Below, one piece after another: positions 39,908 to 49,690 of a stretch of 64,000 bases of DNA. Both the position numbers and the translations under genes were made by a program. The first letter of the stretch is position 1; every line of letters starts with the position of its first letter. Origin of the DNA: Lachnospiraceae bacterium (lineage in GTDB: Bacteria > Bacillota_I > Bacilli_A > RFN20 > CAG-826); the NCBI GenBank assembly GCA_963643725.1, contig CAVILR010000001.1:19232-83231 (forward strand). The letters are read 5' to 3'. Below the pieces are notes generated by a model. It made no database searches. It saw only the letters and a list, made by a program, of their open reading frames with translations, and had not been told where the DNA came from.

Positions 39908-41770
39908 TTATTTTAATGTTTTTAATATTTGCTCAGGCAGTAAATTTAAATCTTCTAATTGCTCATTTATTGTCGCTTGTTTAATGAATTGTTTTTTAAT
40001 CGAGTGAATTTCAATTTTTCCTCGATAGTTTTTATTTTGTAAGGCGTTTATTAATATCGATGAAAAACCTTCCTCAATTGAATAAGGATCATAGATGATT
40101 ATTTTCTCGTATTTAGTAAGTTCAGACACTTCCTCATCATCTAAAGGCAAGATATATAAAGCATTTACGATTGTACAATCTAATCCTTTTTCTTCGATTA
40201 AATCCGCTAATTCTCTTAAATATTGGCCAAATCCAACAATCGCTAATTTATTGGATGATGAATGCTTAATTTCCATCCATTTTCCATATGGCAATGATAA
40301 TTTCTTATCTACATTTTCGCTTTTAACGATAGTTCGAGGAATTCTTATGAAGAATGGTCCATGATTATTGAATGATTCTTCGTATAAATAATTAGCTTCC
40401 TCTATTGTGCTAGCCATCGTTATCGTAACATTTGGAACGCTGTTGAGGAAAGCGACATCGTAGATGCCTTGATGCGTTTCCCCATCCGCTCCGACAAGTC
40501 CAGCGCGGTCAACTAAAATGGTTGCATTGGAATTCATTCTCGCTAAGTCATGCGATATTTCATCGTAAGCTCTTTGCATAAATGTCGAATAAATGCTGAT
40601 TATTGGATGAATATTGCTTAAAGCAAGACCGCTTGCGAGAGTGAACGCATGTTCTTCAGCAATGCCTACATCCATCGAACGTTTTTTATATTTATCGAAC
40701 ACTTTTTCTAAACCAGCGCCTTTAATTGTCGCTGGGGCGATTAGAAATGCATCTTGATGAATTTCCATCATTTTATCGGTTAAATCGCTATAGATATGCG
40801 ACCAAGAATTATATCCAGGATGCATTTGCTTAGGATCACCTGTATCAATTTCAAATGGCGTAACTCCATGCCAATAACCATTTTTATCTTTTTCGGCCTT
40901 TTGATATCCTTTGCCTTTAGTTGTGCAAAGATGAATGACCGCGGATTTAGTTGTGTTCTTCGCTCTTTTAAACGCTTTTTCCATCGCTTTTATATCATGA
41001 CCATCAACTGGTCCAATATATGTATAGCCCATGGAATCGAATATATTCGATGGGACGAGTTTGCGCTTAATCCAATTTTTAAATCTTCGTGAGATGTTGA
41101 AGATTTTTGTACCGAATTTGGTTTTTAATAGCCATTTTTGATATGCGCGTTTAATTTGGTTATAACCCGCGGCTGAAGAAACGCGAGAAAAAAGACGTCC
41201 TACCGCACCTGTCGGTTTAGATATCGACATGCCGTTATCGTTCAGAACGATAATTATCTTATTTTTGCTATATGCGACATTGTTCAATGCTTCTAATGCT
41301 AATCCAGATACTATCGATGCATCGCCGATAAAAGCGATGATGTTATAATCTTCTTTTCTTAAATCCCTAGCAATTGCGAATCCTTGGGCAGCGCTTATCG
41401 AAGTTGAGGAGTGCCCAGCTTCATAACAATCATATGGCGATTCATCAATCTTTTGAAAGCCGGAAATTCCGCCTTTTTTACGCAATGTATCGAGCTTTCT
41501 TCCAGTTAAAATCTTATATGTATAGCATTGATGACCAACATCGAAAATTAATTTGTCCTTACTAAAATCAAATGCGCGACACAAGGCAATCGTGGCTTCG
41601 ACAACGCCTAAATTACTAGAAAGATGCCCACCATTTACGCTCGTTATGTGCAATATTTCATTACGAATATCATTCGCTAGAATATTGAGCTCTTTATAAT
41701 TAAGTTCGCCTAAAAAGGTGGGCGATTTGATTTCATTTAGATTAATTTTCTTAGTAATTTTTTTTGTCAT
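39908..41770 (-). CDS. dxs: 1-deoxy-D-xylulose-5-phosphate synthase (MEP pathway)
   Basis: GHSSTSISAA and the TPP-binding GDASIVSGLALEALN. Length is 620 aa. Confidence 0.95.
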   Translation of the reverse strand: MTKKITKKINLNEIKSPTFLGELNYKELNILANDIRNEILHITSVNGGHLSSNLGVVEATIALCRAFDFSKDKLIFDVGHQCYTYKILTGRKLDTLRKKGGISGFQKIDESPYDCYEAGHSSTSISAAQGFAIARDLRKEDYNIIAFIGDASIVSGLALEALNNVAYSKNKIIIVLNDNGMSISKPTGAVGRLFSRVSSAAGYNQIKRAYQKWLLKTKFGTKIFNISRRFKNWIKRKLVPSNIFDSMGYTYIGPVDGHDIKAMEKAFKRAKNTTKSAVIHLCTTKGKGYQKAEKDKNGYWHGVTPFEIDTGDPKQMHPGYNSWSHIYSDLTDKMMEIHQDAFLIAPATIKGAGLEKVFDKYKKRSMDVGIAEEHAFTLASGLALSNIHPIISIYSTFMQRAYDEISHDLARMNSNATILVDRAGLVGADGETHQGIYDVAFLNSVPNVTITMASTIEEANYLYEESFNNHGPFFIRIPRTIVKSENVDKKLSLPYGKWMEIKHSSSNKLAIVGFGQYLRELADLIEEKGLDCTIVNALYILPLDDEEVSELTKYEKIIIYDPYSIEEGFSSILINALQNKNYRGKIEIHSIKKQFIKQATINEQLEDLNLLPEQILKTLK

Positions 41771-41776
41771 TTTTTA

Positions 41777-41803
41777 ACTAAATTAGTACTAATTACTGAC
41801 TAA
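41777..41803. repeat. Three 11-bp phased repeats ACTAA(A)TTA in the dxs/xseB spacer
   Basis: ACTAA at 41777, 41788 and 41799. On the gene strand this reads TAATTAGT x3 immediately upstream of the dxs ATG. Confidence 0.6.
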
Positions 41804-42007
41804 TTATTTATCACTATCTCTTTGAGATAACTTTTCGATTTTCTTTTCAGCATCTTTGAAGGCTGAATCAAGCGATGTTATCAGCTTCTTTCCCTCTTCA
41901 TAAAGTTTGAGGCATTTCTCTAATGGAAGCGTCTCATTTTCTAAAATATCAACGATTTCATCTAATCTTTTAATTGATTTCTCAATATCTATTTTTTCAT
42001 TTGCCAT
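41804..42007 (-). CDS. xseB: Exodeoxyribonuclease VII small subunit
   Basis: 67 aa helical protein (LEKCLKLYEEGKKL) that overlaps the end of xseA. Confidence 0.88.
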   Translation of the reverse strand: MANEKIDIEKSIKRLDEIVDILENETLPLEKCLKLYEEGKKLITSLDSAFKDAEKKIEKLSQRDSDK

Positions 42008-43217
42008 TATTCTCTTGCTCCTTTGATATAACTTTTGATTTTATTATTCCGTCGCTTAACTTTATTTTAACATCTTGATTAATATTGATGTTTTTAACAC
42101 TTTTGATTACTGCACCATCACTTGTCTCGACGATTGAATAGCCACGCTTAAGCGTGTTGTTTGGCGAAAGTATTTCTAAACGGTTAATTTTCGATTTATA
42201 TTCGTTTAATAACAATTCATATCGATGTTTCATTAGTATCGTCAATTTGTCATCGAGTGTCTTTATACGTTCGATTTTATCTTTGAAAATTAATTCTGGT
42301 TTTAGAAAATACTTAAATTTAGCAACGATGTTCAATCGATTTCTATAATCGTTCATAATTCTATAAATTATGTTGTCTAATCTATCGCTTGAATCAATTA
42401 ATTTTTGGAATATTTCGCGCTTATCAAATGTAGCTAATTCAGCCGCCCCTGTTGGTGTGGATGCGCGCGCATCAGCGACATAGTCGATTAATGTGACGTC
42501 AACTTCGTGGCCTACTGCTGAGATTGTTGGAATGCCTAATTCAGCGACCGCGCGAACTAGCGCTTCATCGTTAAATGCGCTCAAATCTTCACTTGCTCCA
42601 CCACCTCGACCGATGATGAGAGTGTCGATATTGCTCGATTTTGCCTCATTTAAGGCGCGTAGAAGGTCTTTTGCAGCTCCTTCGCCTTGGACTAAGCTAG
42701 GGAATAATTTGATGTCTAGAAGAGGATTTCTACGCAAAAGATTTGTTTTAATATCCGCCATTGCAGCACTGTTAGCCGCGGATATTACGCCTATTGTATG
42801 CGCGTATATGTTAATAGGCTTTTTTCTCGATTCATCGAATAAACCTTCTGCAGCTAATTTTCTTTTTAGCTTTTCTAATTCTAATAGCTGGGTGCCAACA
42901 CCGTATAAATCCATGTGTTCGACATAGATTTGATATTCGCCTCGCGCTGGATAGACGCTAACGCGTCCTTCGGCGATTACTTCGTCACCATCTTTAAATC
43001 TACGCTTAAGTAAGACTGCGTAATCATAAAACATTACCGCTTTTAGTGTTGAACTATCATCTTTCAAAGTGAAATAGACATGCCCGCTTGGATAACATTT
43101 ATAATTTGATATCTCTCCTCGTACACTTATTTTGCGCAAAACGAAATCATTATCAAACTTTTGTTTGATATACGCGTTTAATTTTGAAATCGTAAATGTT
43201 GTCGTATCTTCGATCAT
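41997..43217 (-). CDS. xseA: Exodeoxyribonuclease VII large subunit
   Basis: N-terminal OB fold (ISVRGEISNYKCYPSGHVYFTLKD), catalytic core GRGGGS, and a C-terminal coiled coil. Confidence 0.92.
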   Translation of the reverse strand: MIEDTTTFTISKLNAYIKQKFDNDFVLRKISVRGEISNYKCYPSGHVYFTLKDDSSTLKAVMFYDYAVLLKRRFKDGDEVIAEGRVSVYPARGEYQIYVEHMDLYGVGTQLLELEKLKRKLAAEGLFDESRKKPINIYAHTIGVISAANSAAMADIKTNLLRRNPLLDIKLFPSLVQGEGAAKDLLRALNEAKSSNIDTLIIGRGGGASEDLSAFNDEALVRAVAELGIPTISAVGHEVDVTLIDYVADARASTPTGAAELATFDKREIFQKLIDSSDRLDNIIYRIMNDYRNRLNIVAKFKYFLKPELIFKDKIERIKTLDDKLTILMKHRYELLLNEYKSKINRLEILSPNNTLKRGYSIVETSDGAVIKSVKNININQDVKIKLSDGIIKSKVISKEQENNGK

Positions 43218-43636
43218 AATAATTTATCAAGTATGGCATTAACAAATTTGTAATCATCTTTATCTAGATATTTTTTGCTCAAATTAATTGCCGTATTTAT
43301 GACTACTTTTTTATTTGCTTCTTTTAAGATGGCTCCATTTGTATAACTCATGATGAGCAAGGCTTTTTCTAACGAATTTAAACGAGAAAATTTCCAGTTT
43401 GGCATCCTATCTTGAAATTCGGGAATGATTTCATTTATGTGCGAAAGCGATTTGACTACTAATTGCTTAGAAAATAATGGGATTTCATTGAAGGGCAATT
43501 TATAAATGCCTTCCATAAGCTCTTCGACATTAAAAGTCGTATTTGATTCGCTTAATGTCAAAGCGTCGTAAATGCAAAATAAAGCAAGTTCGTGCTCCTT
43601 GTTTCTTGAAATATCACTACTCTTTTCCATGAGCAA
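43214..43636 (-). CDS. nusB: Transcription antitermination factor NusB
   Basis: About 135 aa helical protein directly upstream of xseA, as in Firmicutes. The start is ambiguous (43636 or 43630). Confidence 0.8.
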   Translation of the reverse strand: MLMEKSSDISRNKEHELALFCIYDALTLSESNTTFNVEELMEGIYKLPFNEIPLFSKQLVVKSLSHINEIIPEFQDRMPNWKFSRLNSLEKALLIMSYTNGAILKEANKKVVINTAINLSKKYLDKDDYKFVNAILDKLL

Positions 43637-44231
43637 TAACCTCGCTTTCTACTTCTTCATCAAGTTTTAATGCGTTCTTCCCTTTGAAGACAACTTCGAT
43701 ATGAATAACATTGTAATATTGACTAATTGCTACGATACATGCGAGTAAAATGACGACATGCGTCGCAATTGAAAAGGCATAATTTGTGTAATTAAAAGGA
43801 ACTAAATTTAGTGAACAAACGATAATCATAAGCGCAAAATCAGCGACATAAAGTGAGCTCCCTAATAATAAAACCCATTTCTTTCCACGCGAAGCATAGA
43901 AACCAAGCAATGCAAAGCCGGCGCTTAAAATTAGGGCGATGATAATCATTAAAAAGTCGACGATCAAAGTTCCTTTAACATTTTCCAATAGCAACTTATT
44001 GACTAATTGCTGAATTGATAAACCCATTGAAAAACCACTTGTCGGCCAGGCGTAAGGTAAATTTTCAATGATTGAACTAGCTAATATTTGAATGATGCCA
44101 ATAATGATTGAAAAGAGATTGACAATGCCTGCCCATAAAAGAAAAATCGAAGATTTTTGATATAATCTAACAGCTTTATTATGGGCCTCTAAATATGTTA
44201 AAGGTCGTTTTCCTCGACGTTCTTTTTTCAT
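43617..44231 (-). CDS. Hypothetical membrane protein (204 aa)
   Basis: Four to five TM helices. It lies in the operon between the Asp23-family gene and nusB. No family recognised. Confidence 0.55.
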   Translation of the reverse strand: MKKERRGKRPLTYLEAHNKAVRLYQKSSIFLLWAGIVNLFSIIIGIIQILASSIIENLPYAWPTSGFSMGLSIQQLVNKLLLENVKGTLIVDFLMIIIALILSAGFALLGFYASRGKKWVLLLGSSLYVADFALMIIVCSLNLVPFNYTNYAFSIATHVVILLACIVAISQYYNVIHIEVVFKGKNALKLDEEVESEVIAHGKE

Positions 44232-44237
44232 TTTTGT

Positions 44238-44582
44238 TTAATTAACAGAAGCAACTTTGATATTTATATCAAATGGTACAGATTCAGCATAGGCTAGTAA
44301 CGACTGAGCTATTTCATCTTGAATAGCTAAGCAAACATCGTTTACATTCACATTTTTCTTAACTGTGATAGTAACTTTTATTTCAACTTGTCCATTTTTA
44401 TGGAAAGTTACTTTAACAGGATGATATAGCTTTGCTAATAGAGGAATTTTTGTCTTAATTTTGTTAACGCTCGCTCCTAAAACACGATTAGTTGCTTCAA
44501 AAGCTAAATCTTCAAAGACGCGACGTGATATCGCTATTTGTCCATCTTTTGATAAGCTTTTGATGTAGATGTAATCCGCCAT
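44238..44582 (-). CDS. Asp23/Gls24-family envelope stress protein
   Basis: 114 aa, ISRRVFEDLAFEATNRVLG pattern, in the yqhY-like position upstream of nusB. Confidence 0.78.
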   Translation of the reverse strand: MADYIYIKSLSKDGQIAISRRVFEDLAFEATNRVLGASVNKIKTKIPLLAKLYHPVKVTFHKNGQVEIKVTITVKKNVNVNDVCLAIQDEIAQSLLAYAESVPFDINIKVASVN

Positions 44583-44599
44583 AAGAGTTTCCTCCTTTT

Positions 44600-46570
44600 T
44601 TATTTAATTACAGAACTGATATAAGAGGCTAAATCTTCTGGTAAGAAATGATAAGCCTTAATCGCATCTTTTGCTGGTGCGCTTGTACCAAATGTATCGA
44701 TTCCATATGTATGTTCAGCATATTTATGCCAACCAAATGTCGAAAGCATTTCAACGGAAACAATTTTATCCTTTGGTAAGTGTAAAATGCTCTTGCGATA
44801 TTTCTCGTCTTGTTTATCGAATAAATACATTGATGGCATTGAAACAACTTCGACATCAATGCCTTTTTCTAATAATAATTTTTGGGCGGAGATAGCTAAT
44901 GAAACCTCGCTACCAGTCGCTAGTAAGATCGCTTGTGCATTTTTCTTAGCTTTACTAATTAGGTATGCACCCTTACTAACATCAGCAAAATTTGAATTGA
45001 GTAAAGGTAAATTTTGGCGAGAAAGAATCAATGCAGTTGGTGTTTCTTTGCTCTTAAGAGCAATTTCCCAAGCAGCGTATGTTTCTCTAGCGTCGCAAGG
45101 ACGAATGACGTTGCAGTTAGGAATGCTTCTAAGCATAACTAACGTCTCGATTGGTTGATGGGTTGGTCCATCTTCGCCAACAGCGATACTATCGTGTGAA
45201 AATAGATAAATACCAGGTAAATGACTTAATGCAGCCATTCTAACTGCGGCTTTCATATAATCAGCAAAGACCAAGAAAGCGCCGACGTAAGTCTTTAAAC
45301 CTCCGTGGAGCAACATACCATTTTGCGCGCACGCCATCGCAAATTCGCGAATGCCAAAATTGATATTTCTGCCATAAGGAGTCGCTTTTGTGAAGTCGAC
45401 ACCATCTCTAATTTTTGTCATAACGCTTCCGGCGACATCGGCACTGCCACCGATTAAAAACGGTATTTCGGCGTGATATTTGTTTAATGCCTTTCCACTT
45501 GAAACGCGTGTTGAATCGTTGTTATCAACATCAAAGTCTGGAACATCGTGAATATAATTTTTAACATTTCCGTTGAATGCGTCTATAAAAATCTTGAATT
45601 CATCAGGATTTTCTTTTGCGTATTCGTCGCAAACCTTCTTCCACGACTCTTCCTCTTCTAAGCCTCTTTTAGCAAATGTGTTTATAAAATTATCATAAAC
45701 TTCTTGAGGAATTGTAAAAAGAGGATAGTCATATCCGTAGACTTTCTTGGCGTGCTCACCATCTTCTTCGCCAAGAGGGTTACCATGAACTTTACAAGTT
45801 CCTTGCTTTTCACTTCCGTAGCCGATGATTGTATGAACTATGATTAATGTTGGCTTGTCTAAACTATGTTTAGCTTTTGTGATGGCTTCATCGATTGCTT
45901 CGATATCATTACCATCTTTGACTTCGATAACATCCCATTCAGAGGCGAGAAATCGCTCTTTTACATTTTCACTGAATGATAAATCAAGTCCTCCATCAAG
46001 GGTTACTTGGTTAGCATCGTAAAAAAGAATTAATTTATTCAAACGGTGATGACCAGCTAGAGAAATCGCTTCTTGTGAAAGACCTTCTTGCAAGCATCCA
46101 TCACCGCATAACGCATACGTATAATGAGAAATCAGCTTTTCCCCATCTTTATATTGGGCAGCAACTGCTCTTTCGGCCATAGCCATGCCAACAGCTTGAG
46201 CAATTCCTTGTCCTAATGGTCCAGATGTCGCATCGACACCTTTTGTGTGCTTATATTCAGGATGACCCGGAGTTAAACTTCCAAGTTGGCGGAATGATTT
46301 TAAATCATCGAGCGTTAATGGATAGCCTGAAACGTGAAGCATCGTATACAAAAGTGAACTCGCATGACCTGCAGATAAGACGAAGCGATCGCGATTAATC
46401 CATTCAGGATCCTTTGGATTAGCTACTAAATGTCTACTAAATAACGTATAAAGTATCGGCGCACTGCCTAAAGCCATTCCCGGATGTCCAGACTTGGCTT
46501 TATTGACGACGTCAATGCACATCGCGCGTATGGCGCTTATAGATAATTGGTCGAGTTCTTTTTGATTCAT
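44600..46570 (-). CDS. tkt: Transketolase
   Basis: GHPG, the TPP motif GDGCLQEG, and DGPTHQPIE. Confidence 0.96.
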   Translation of the reverse strand: MNQKELDQLSISAIRAMCIDVVNKAKSGHPGMALGSAPILYTLFSRHLVANPKDPEWINRDRFVLSAGHASSLLYTMLHVSGYPLTLDDLKSFRQLGSLTPGHPEYKHTKGVDATSGPLGQGIAQAVGMAMAERAVAAQYKDGEKLISHYTYALCGDGCLQEGLSQEAISLAGHHRLNKLILFYDANQVTLDGGLDLSFSENVKERFLASEWDVIEVKDGNDIEAIDEAITKAKHSLDKPTLIIVHTIIGYGSEKQGTCKVHGNPLGEEDGEHAKKVYGYDYPLFTIPQEVYDNFINTFAKRGLEEEESWKKVCDEYAKENPDEFKIFIDAFNGNVKNYIHDVPDFDVDNNDSTRVSSGKALNKYHAEIPFLIGGSADVAGSVMTKIRDGVDFTKATPYGRNINFGIREFAMACAQNGMLLHGGLKTYVGAFLVFADYMKAAVRMAALSHLPGIYLFSHDSIAVGEDGPTHQPIETLVMLRSIPNCNVIRPCDARETYAAWEIALKSKETPTALILSRQNLPLLNSNFADVSKGAYLISKAKKNAQAILLATGSEVSLAISAQKLLLEKGIDVEVVSMPSMYLFDKQDEKYRKSILHLPKDKIVSVEMLSTFGWHKYAEHTYGIDTFGTSAPAKDAIKAYHFLPEDLASYISSVIK

Positions 46571-46579
46571 AAATTTCTC

Positions 46580-48310
46580 CTAATTACTCTCTTCTATTTT
46601 TATTCCTAAATCTTTTAATTGTTCATCATCAACTTTATTAGGCGCTCCACTCATCGGGCAAGCGGCTTTTAGGTTCTTTGGGAAAGCGATGACATCGCGG
46701 ATATTGTCTGTTCCACAAATTATCATCGATAATCTTTCTAGGCCAAATGCGATTCCGCCATGGGGAGGAGTTCCATATTCGAAAGCTTTGACAAAATAGC
46801 CAAATTTTCGAACGATATCTTCGTCTGAAAAACCTAATACCTCAAATACTCTCTTTTGCATATCTTGATCGTAGATTCTTAGTGAGCCACCGCCAGCTTC
46901 ATAACCATTTATGACTATGTCATAAGCGGCCGATAAACATTTACTAGGATCGCTATATAAATAATCAGCTGTCTCTGGTGTTGGTCTAGTGAACGGGTGA
47001 TGAAGTGGCTTATATGAGCCGTCGTGGATATCTTTTTCAAATAATGGGAAATTAACAACCCATAATAAATCGTAGGTATTTGGCTTGATTAAGCCTAGTT
47101 CGTGCGCGTATCTGTTACGCAAGCCGCCTAAGCAGAAATTAACTTGATAAGCGTTACCCGCGGCGACAAGAAGAATATCGTTTTCTTTTAACTGACATTT
47201 TTTAATCAATTCGTTTTCTAATTCTTCATTGAGGAATTTATTTAAACTGCTCTCGAGTTTGCCATCAATGCATTTAAATACTCCGATGCTATGCATTGAA
47301 TATTTTTTGGCTTCTAAAGCGAGATTATCAATGACTTTTCGCGAGGTTACATTCGCGACATTATCGACTACTATTCCTTTGATTACATCAGCATTTTTAT
47401 ATGTATCGAATGTCGATTTATTGAGGATATTTTTCAAATCGATTAAATGCATGCCAAAACGCGTATCTGGTTTATCGCTACCATAGACGTTCACCGCTTC
47501 ATCATAATCCATGCGGCGAAGTGGAGTTTTAATATCAACATTTAATAATTCTTTGAAAACAAGTTTGAGATATCCTTCCATAATCGTGAGGATTTCATCT
47601 TGATCAAGGAAAGACATCTCCAAGTCAATTTGTGTAAATTCTGGTTGTCTGTCTTGACGAAGGTCTTCATCGCGGAAACAACGGGCGATTTGGTAATATC
47701 TTTCAAAACCGCCAATCATCAATAATTGTTTAAATAATTGAGGTGATTGAGGCAAAGCATAGAATGAACCATGACTTATTCTCGATGGCACGATGTAATC
47801 GCGCGCTCCCTCAGGTGTTGAAAGAGTTAAACAAGGAGTTTCCACTTCAATAAAACCCAATTTATCGAAATATTGATGAGCTAAAGAAACAATCTTTGCT
47901 CTTTTAACAAGATTATTTTGTAGTGATGGTCGGCGTAAATCTAGATAACGATATTTTAGACGAACATCTTCTAATGCATCGGTATCATCGGCGATTATCA
48001 TCGGAGTTGTTTTAGCTTTGCTTAAAACACATATCGCTTTAACAACGACTTCGATATCTCCTGTCTTTAGATTTTTGTTCGGCACATCTTTTTTACGGAC
48101 TACACCAGTTACTTGAATGACATATTCATTTCGAATATCAGGAATCTCTGTGCCCTCTTCAACAATTAGTTGAATAATTCCACTTCTATCGCGTAAATCG
48201 ATAAAAATTAAGCTTCCTAGATTTCTTTTTTTACTAACCCAGCCAAGCAAGGTTACTTCTTGACCAACATTTTTAATTGTTAAGTCTGTGTTGTGACATG
48301 TTCTATTCAT
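46580..48310 (-). CDS. aspS: Aspartate--tRNA ligase
   Basis: Class II motifs FRDEDLRQDRQPEFTQID, GGGSLRIY and GIAFGLERL. Confidence 0.96.
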   Translation of the reverse strand: MNRTCHNTDLTIKNVGQEVTLLGWVSKKRNLGSLIFIDLRDRSGIIQLIVEEGTEIPDIRNEYVIQVTGVVRKKDVPNKNLKTGDIEVVVKAICVLSKAKTTPMIIADDTDALEDVRLKYRYLDLRRPSLQNNLVKRAKIVSLAHQYFDKLGFIEVETPCLTLSTPEGARDYIVPSRISHGSFYALPQSPQLFKQLLMIGGFERYYQIARCFRDEDLRQDRQPEFTQIDLEMSFLDQDEILTIMEGYLKLVFKELLNVDIKTPLRRMDYDEAVNVYGSDKPDTRFGMHLIDLKNILNKSTFDTYKNADVIKGIVVDNVANVTSRKVIDNLALEAKKYSMHSIGVFKCIDGKLESSLNKFLNEELENELIKKCQLKENDILLVAAGNAYQVNFCLGGLRNRYAHELGLIKPNTYDLLWVVNFPLFEKDIHDGSYKPLHHPFTRPTPETADYLYSDPSKCLSAAYDIVINGYEAGGGSLRIYDQDMQKRVFEVLGFSDEDIVRKFGYFVKAFEYGTPPHGGIAFGLERLSMIICGTDNIRDVIAFPKNLKAACPMSGAPNKVDDEQLKDLGIKIEESN

Positions 48311-49616
48311 TATTTTCTTCTCTTTTCTCTTCCTCTTCAGCTTCGTAATCGCTCACCATAGAAGTTAGAACTTTGAATGCATCTTTAGCAGAAATATCGG
48401 TTTGCTCTTGCGTTTTAAGGTTTTTAACCTTAACAGTGCCAGCTTTTACTTCATCATCGCCGATGATGATAGCAAATATGCACCTCTTGCGCTCAGCAGT
48501 TTTAAATTGTGCTTTAAACGATTTTATCTCATAGCTTTGTTCGACGATAAAACCATGTTTTCTTAGTCCTGTCGCTAGCATGAATCCAGCTTGCAGACAA
48601 TTTTCGTTTAAACACATTACATAAAAATGTGGTTGATTGACGACGAGTTCATCTTTTGAATGAATCGATTTAATAGCTTCACTCACTCGTTCTATACCAA
48701 TCGATAATCCGACACCCTCTAAATCAGGACCACCAACTTCTTTAAGAAGATTCTTATAGTGGCCTCCGCCACCGATAGCGCCTAATTGAGGCAACGAATT
48801 TAAATGATATTCGAAGACGATTCCGGTGTAATAATCGAGTCCGCGAACGAGATTATCATCGATAATGTAATTGATTTTATATTCATCGAGTATCGATATA
48901 ACTTGATTAAAATATAATTTTGCCTCATCGCTTAAATAATCTCGAATACGTGGGGCGTTTTTGACAATTTCTTTGTCTTCAGGGACTTTGCAATCGAGAA
49001 TGCGTAAAGGGTTGACTTGATAACGGCGTTTACAATCTTCGCACATATTATCGATATATTTAGCAAAATATTCCTTCAATGCATTTTTATAATTTTCTCT
49101 GGTTTTTTCATCTCCAAGCGTATTGATTGAGATTTGTATTTCATCTAGCCCTAGCGATTTAAGATAATCGTTTCCTAAAAACATAACTTCGATGTCATCG
49201 TAGCAAGTTTTAGCTCCGATTAATTCAACACCGAATTGATGGAATTGACGATATCTTCCTGCCTGTGGCCTTTCATAGCGAAAGCAAGGGCCAAAATAAT
49301 AATAACGGAGTGGCAAATCTGCATTTGCGTATAATTTGTTAGTGACAACGGAGCGCATGACTCCCGCTGTCATCTCAGGGCGCAATGTCAATGAGCGACC
49401 GCCTTTATCTAAGAAGGTGTACATTTCCTTATTGACGATATCGCTTGATTCACCTACCGAGCGTTGAAATAGATTTGTGTGCTCGATAATCGGCGTTGAA
49501 ATATATTGATAACAATAAGCGTTTGATAGGATTTTTGACATCATATCCAATGATTGATAAATAGCTGAATCTTCATTGATGATATCGTGTGTTCCTTTTA
49601 CTGGATTAATTTGCAT
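48303..49616 (-). CDS. hisS: Histidine--tRNA ligase
   Basis: LRPEMTAG and YYYFGPCFRYERPQAGRYRQFHQFG. It overlaps the aspS start by 8 nt. Confidence 0.95.
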   Translation of the reverse strand: MQINPVKGTHDIINEDSAIYQSLDMMSKILSNAYCYQYISTPIIEHTNLFQRSVGESSDIVNKEMYTFLDKGGRSLTLRPEMTAGVMRSVVTNKLYANADLPLRYYYFGPCFRYERPQAGRYRQFHQFGVELIGAKTCYDDIEVMFLGNDYLKSLGLDEIQISINTLGDEKTRENYKNALKEYFAKYIDNMCEDCKRRYQVNPLRILDCKVPEDKEIVKNAPRIRDYLSDEAKLYFNQVISILDEYKINYIIDDNLVRGLDYYTGIVFEYHLNSLPQLGAIGGGGHYKNLLKEVGGPDLEGVGLSIGIERVSEAIKSIHSKDELVVNQPHFYVMCLNENCLQAGFMLATGLRKHGFIVEQSYEIKSFKAQFKTAERKRCIFAIIIGDDEVKAGTVKVKNLKTQEQTDISAKDAFKVLTSMVSDYEAEEEEKREENNE

Positions 49617-49642
49617 GTGAAAACCTCATCTTTTTCTTGATA

Positions 49643-49671
49643 ATTATACATTTTAATATGTATACGGTCAA
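49643..49671 (-). promoter_or_regulatory. Candidate sigma-A promoter of the hisS-aspS operon
   Basis: On the gene strand: TTGACC, 17 nt, TATAAT, about 25 nt before the ATG. The spacer contains the inverted repeat TATACAT/ATGTATA. Confidence 0.6.
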
Positions 49672-49690
49672 TGATAAGAAGGCGTGATAA

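Noticed and set aside
42493-42927. A 144-aa ORF antisense to xseA.
   Set aside because: It is a shadow of the conserved xseA frame, with no start context and Ser/Ala/Arg-rich composition typical of antisense frames.
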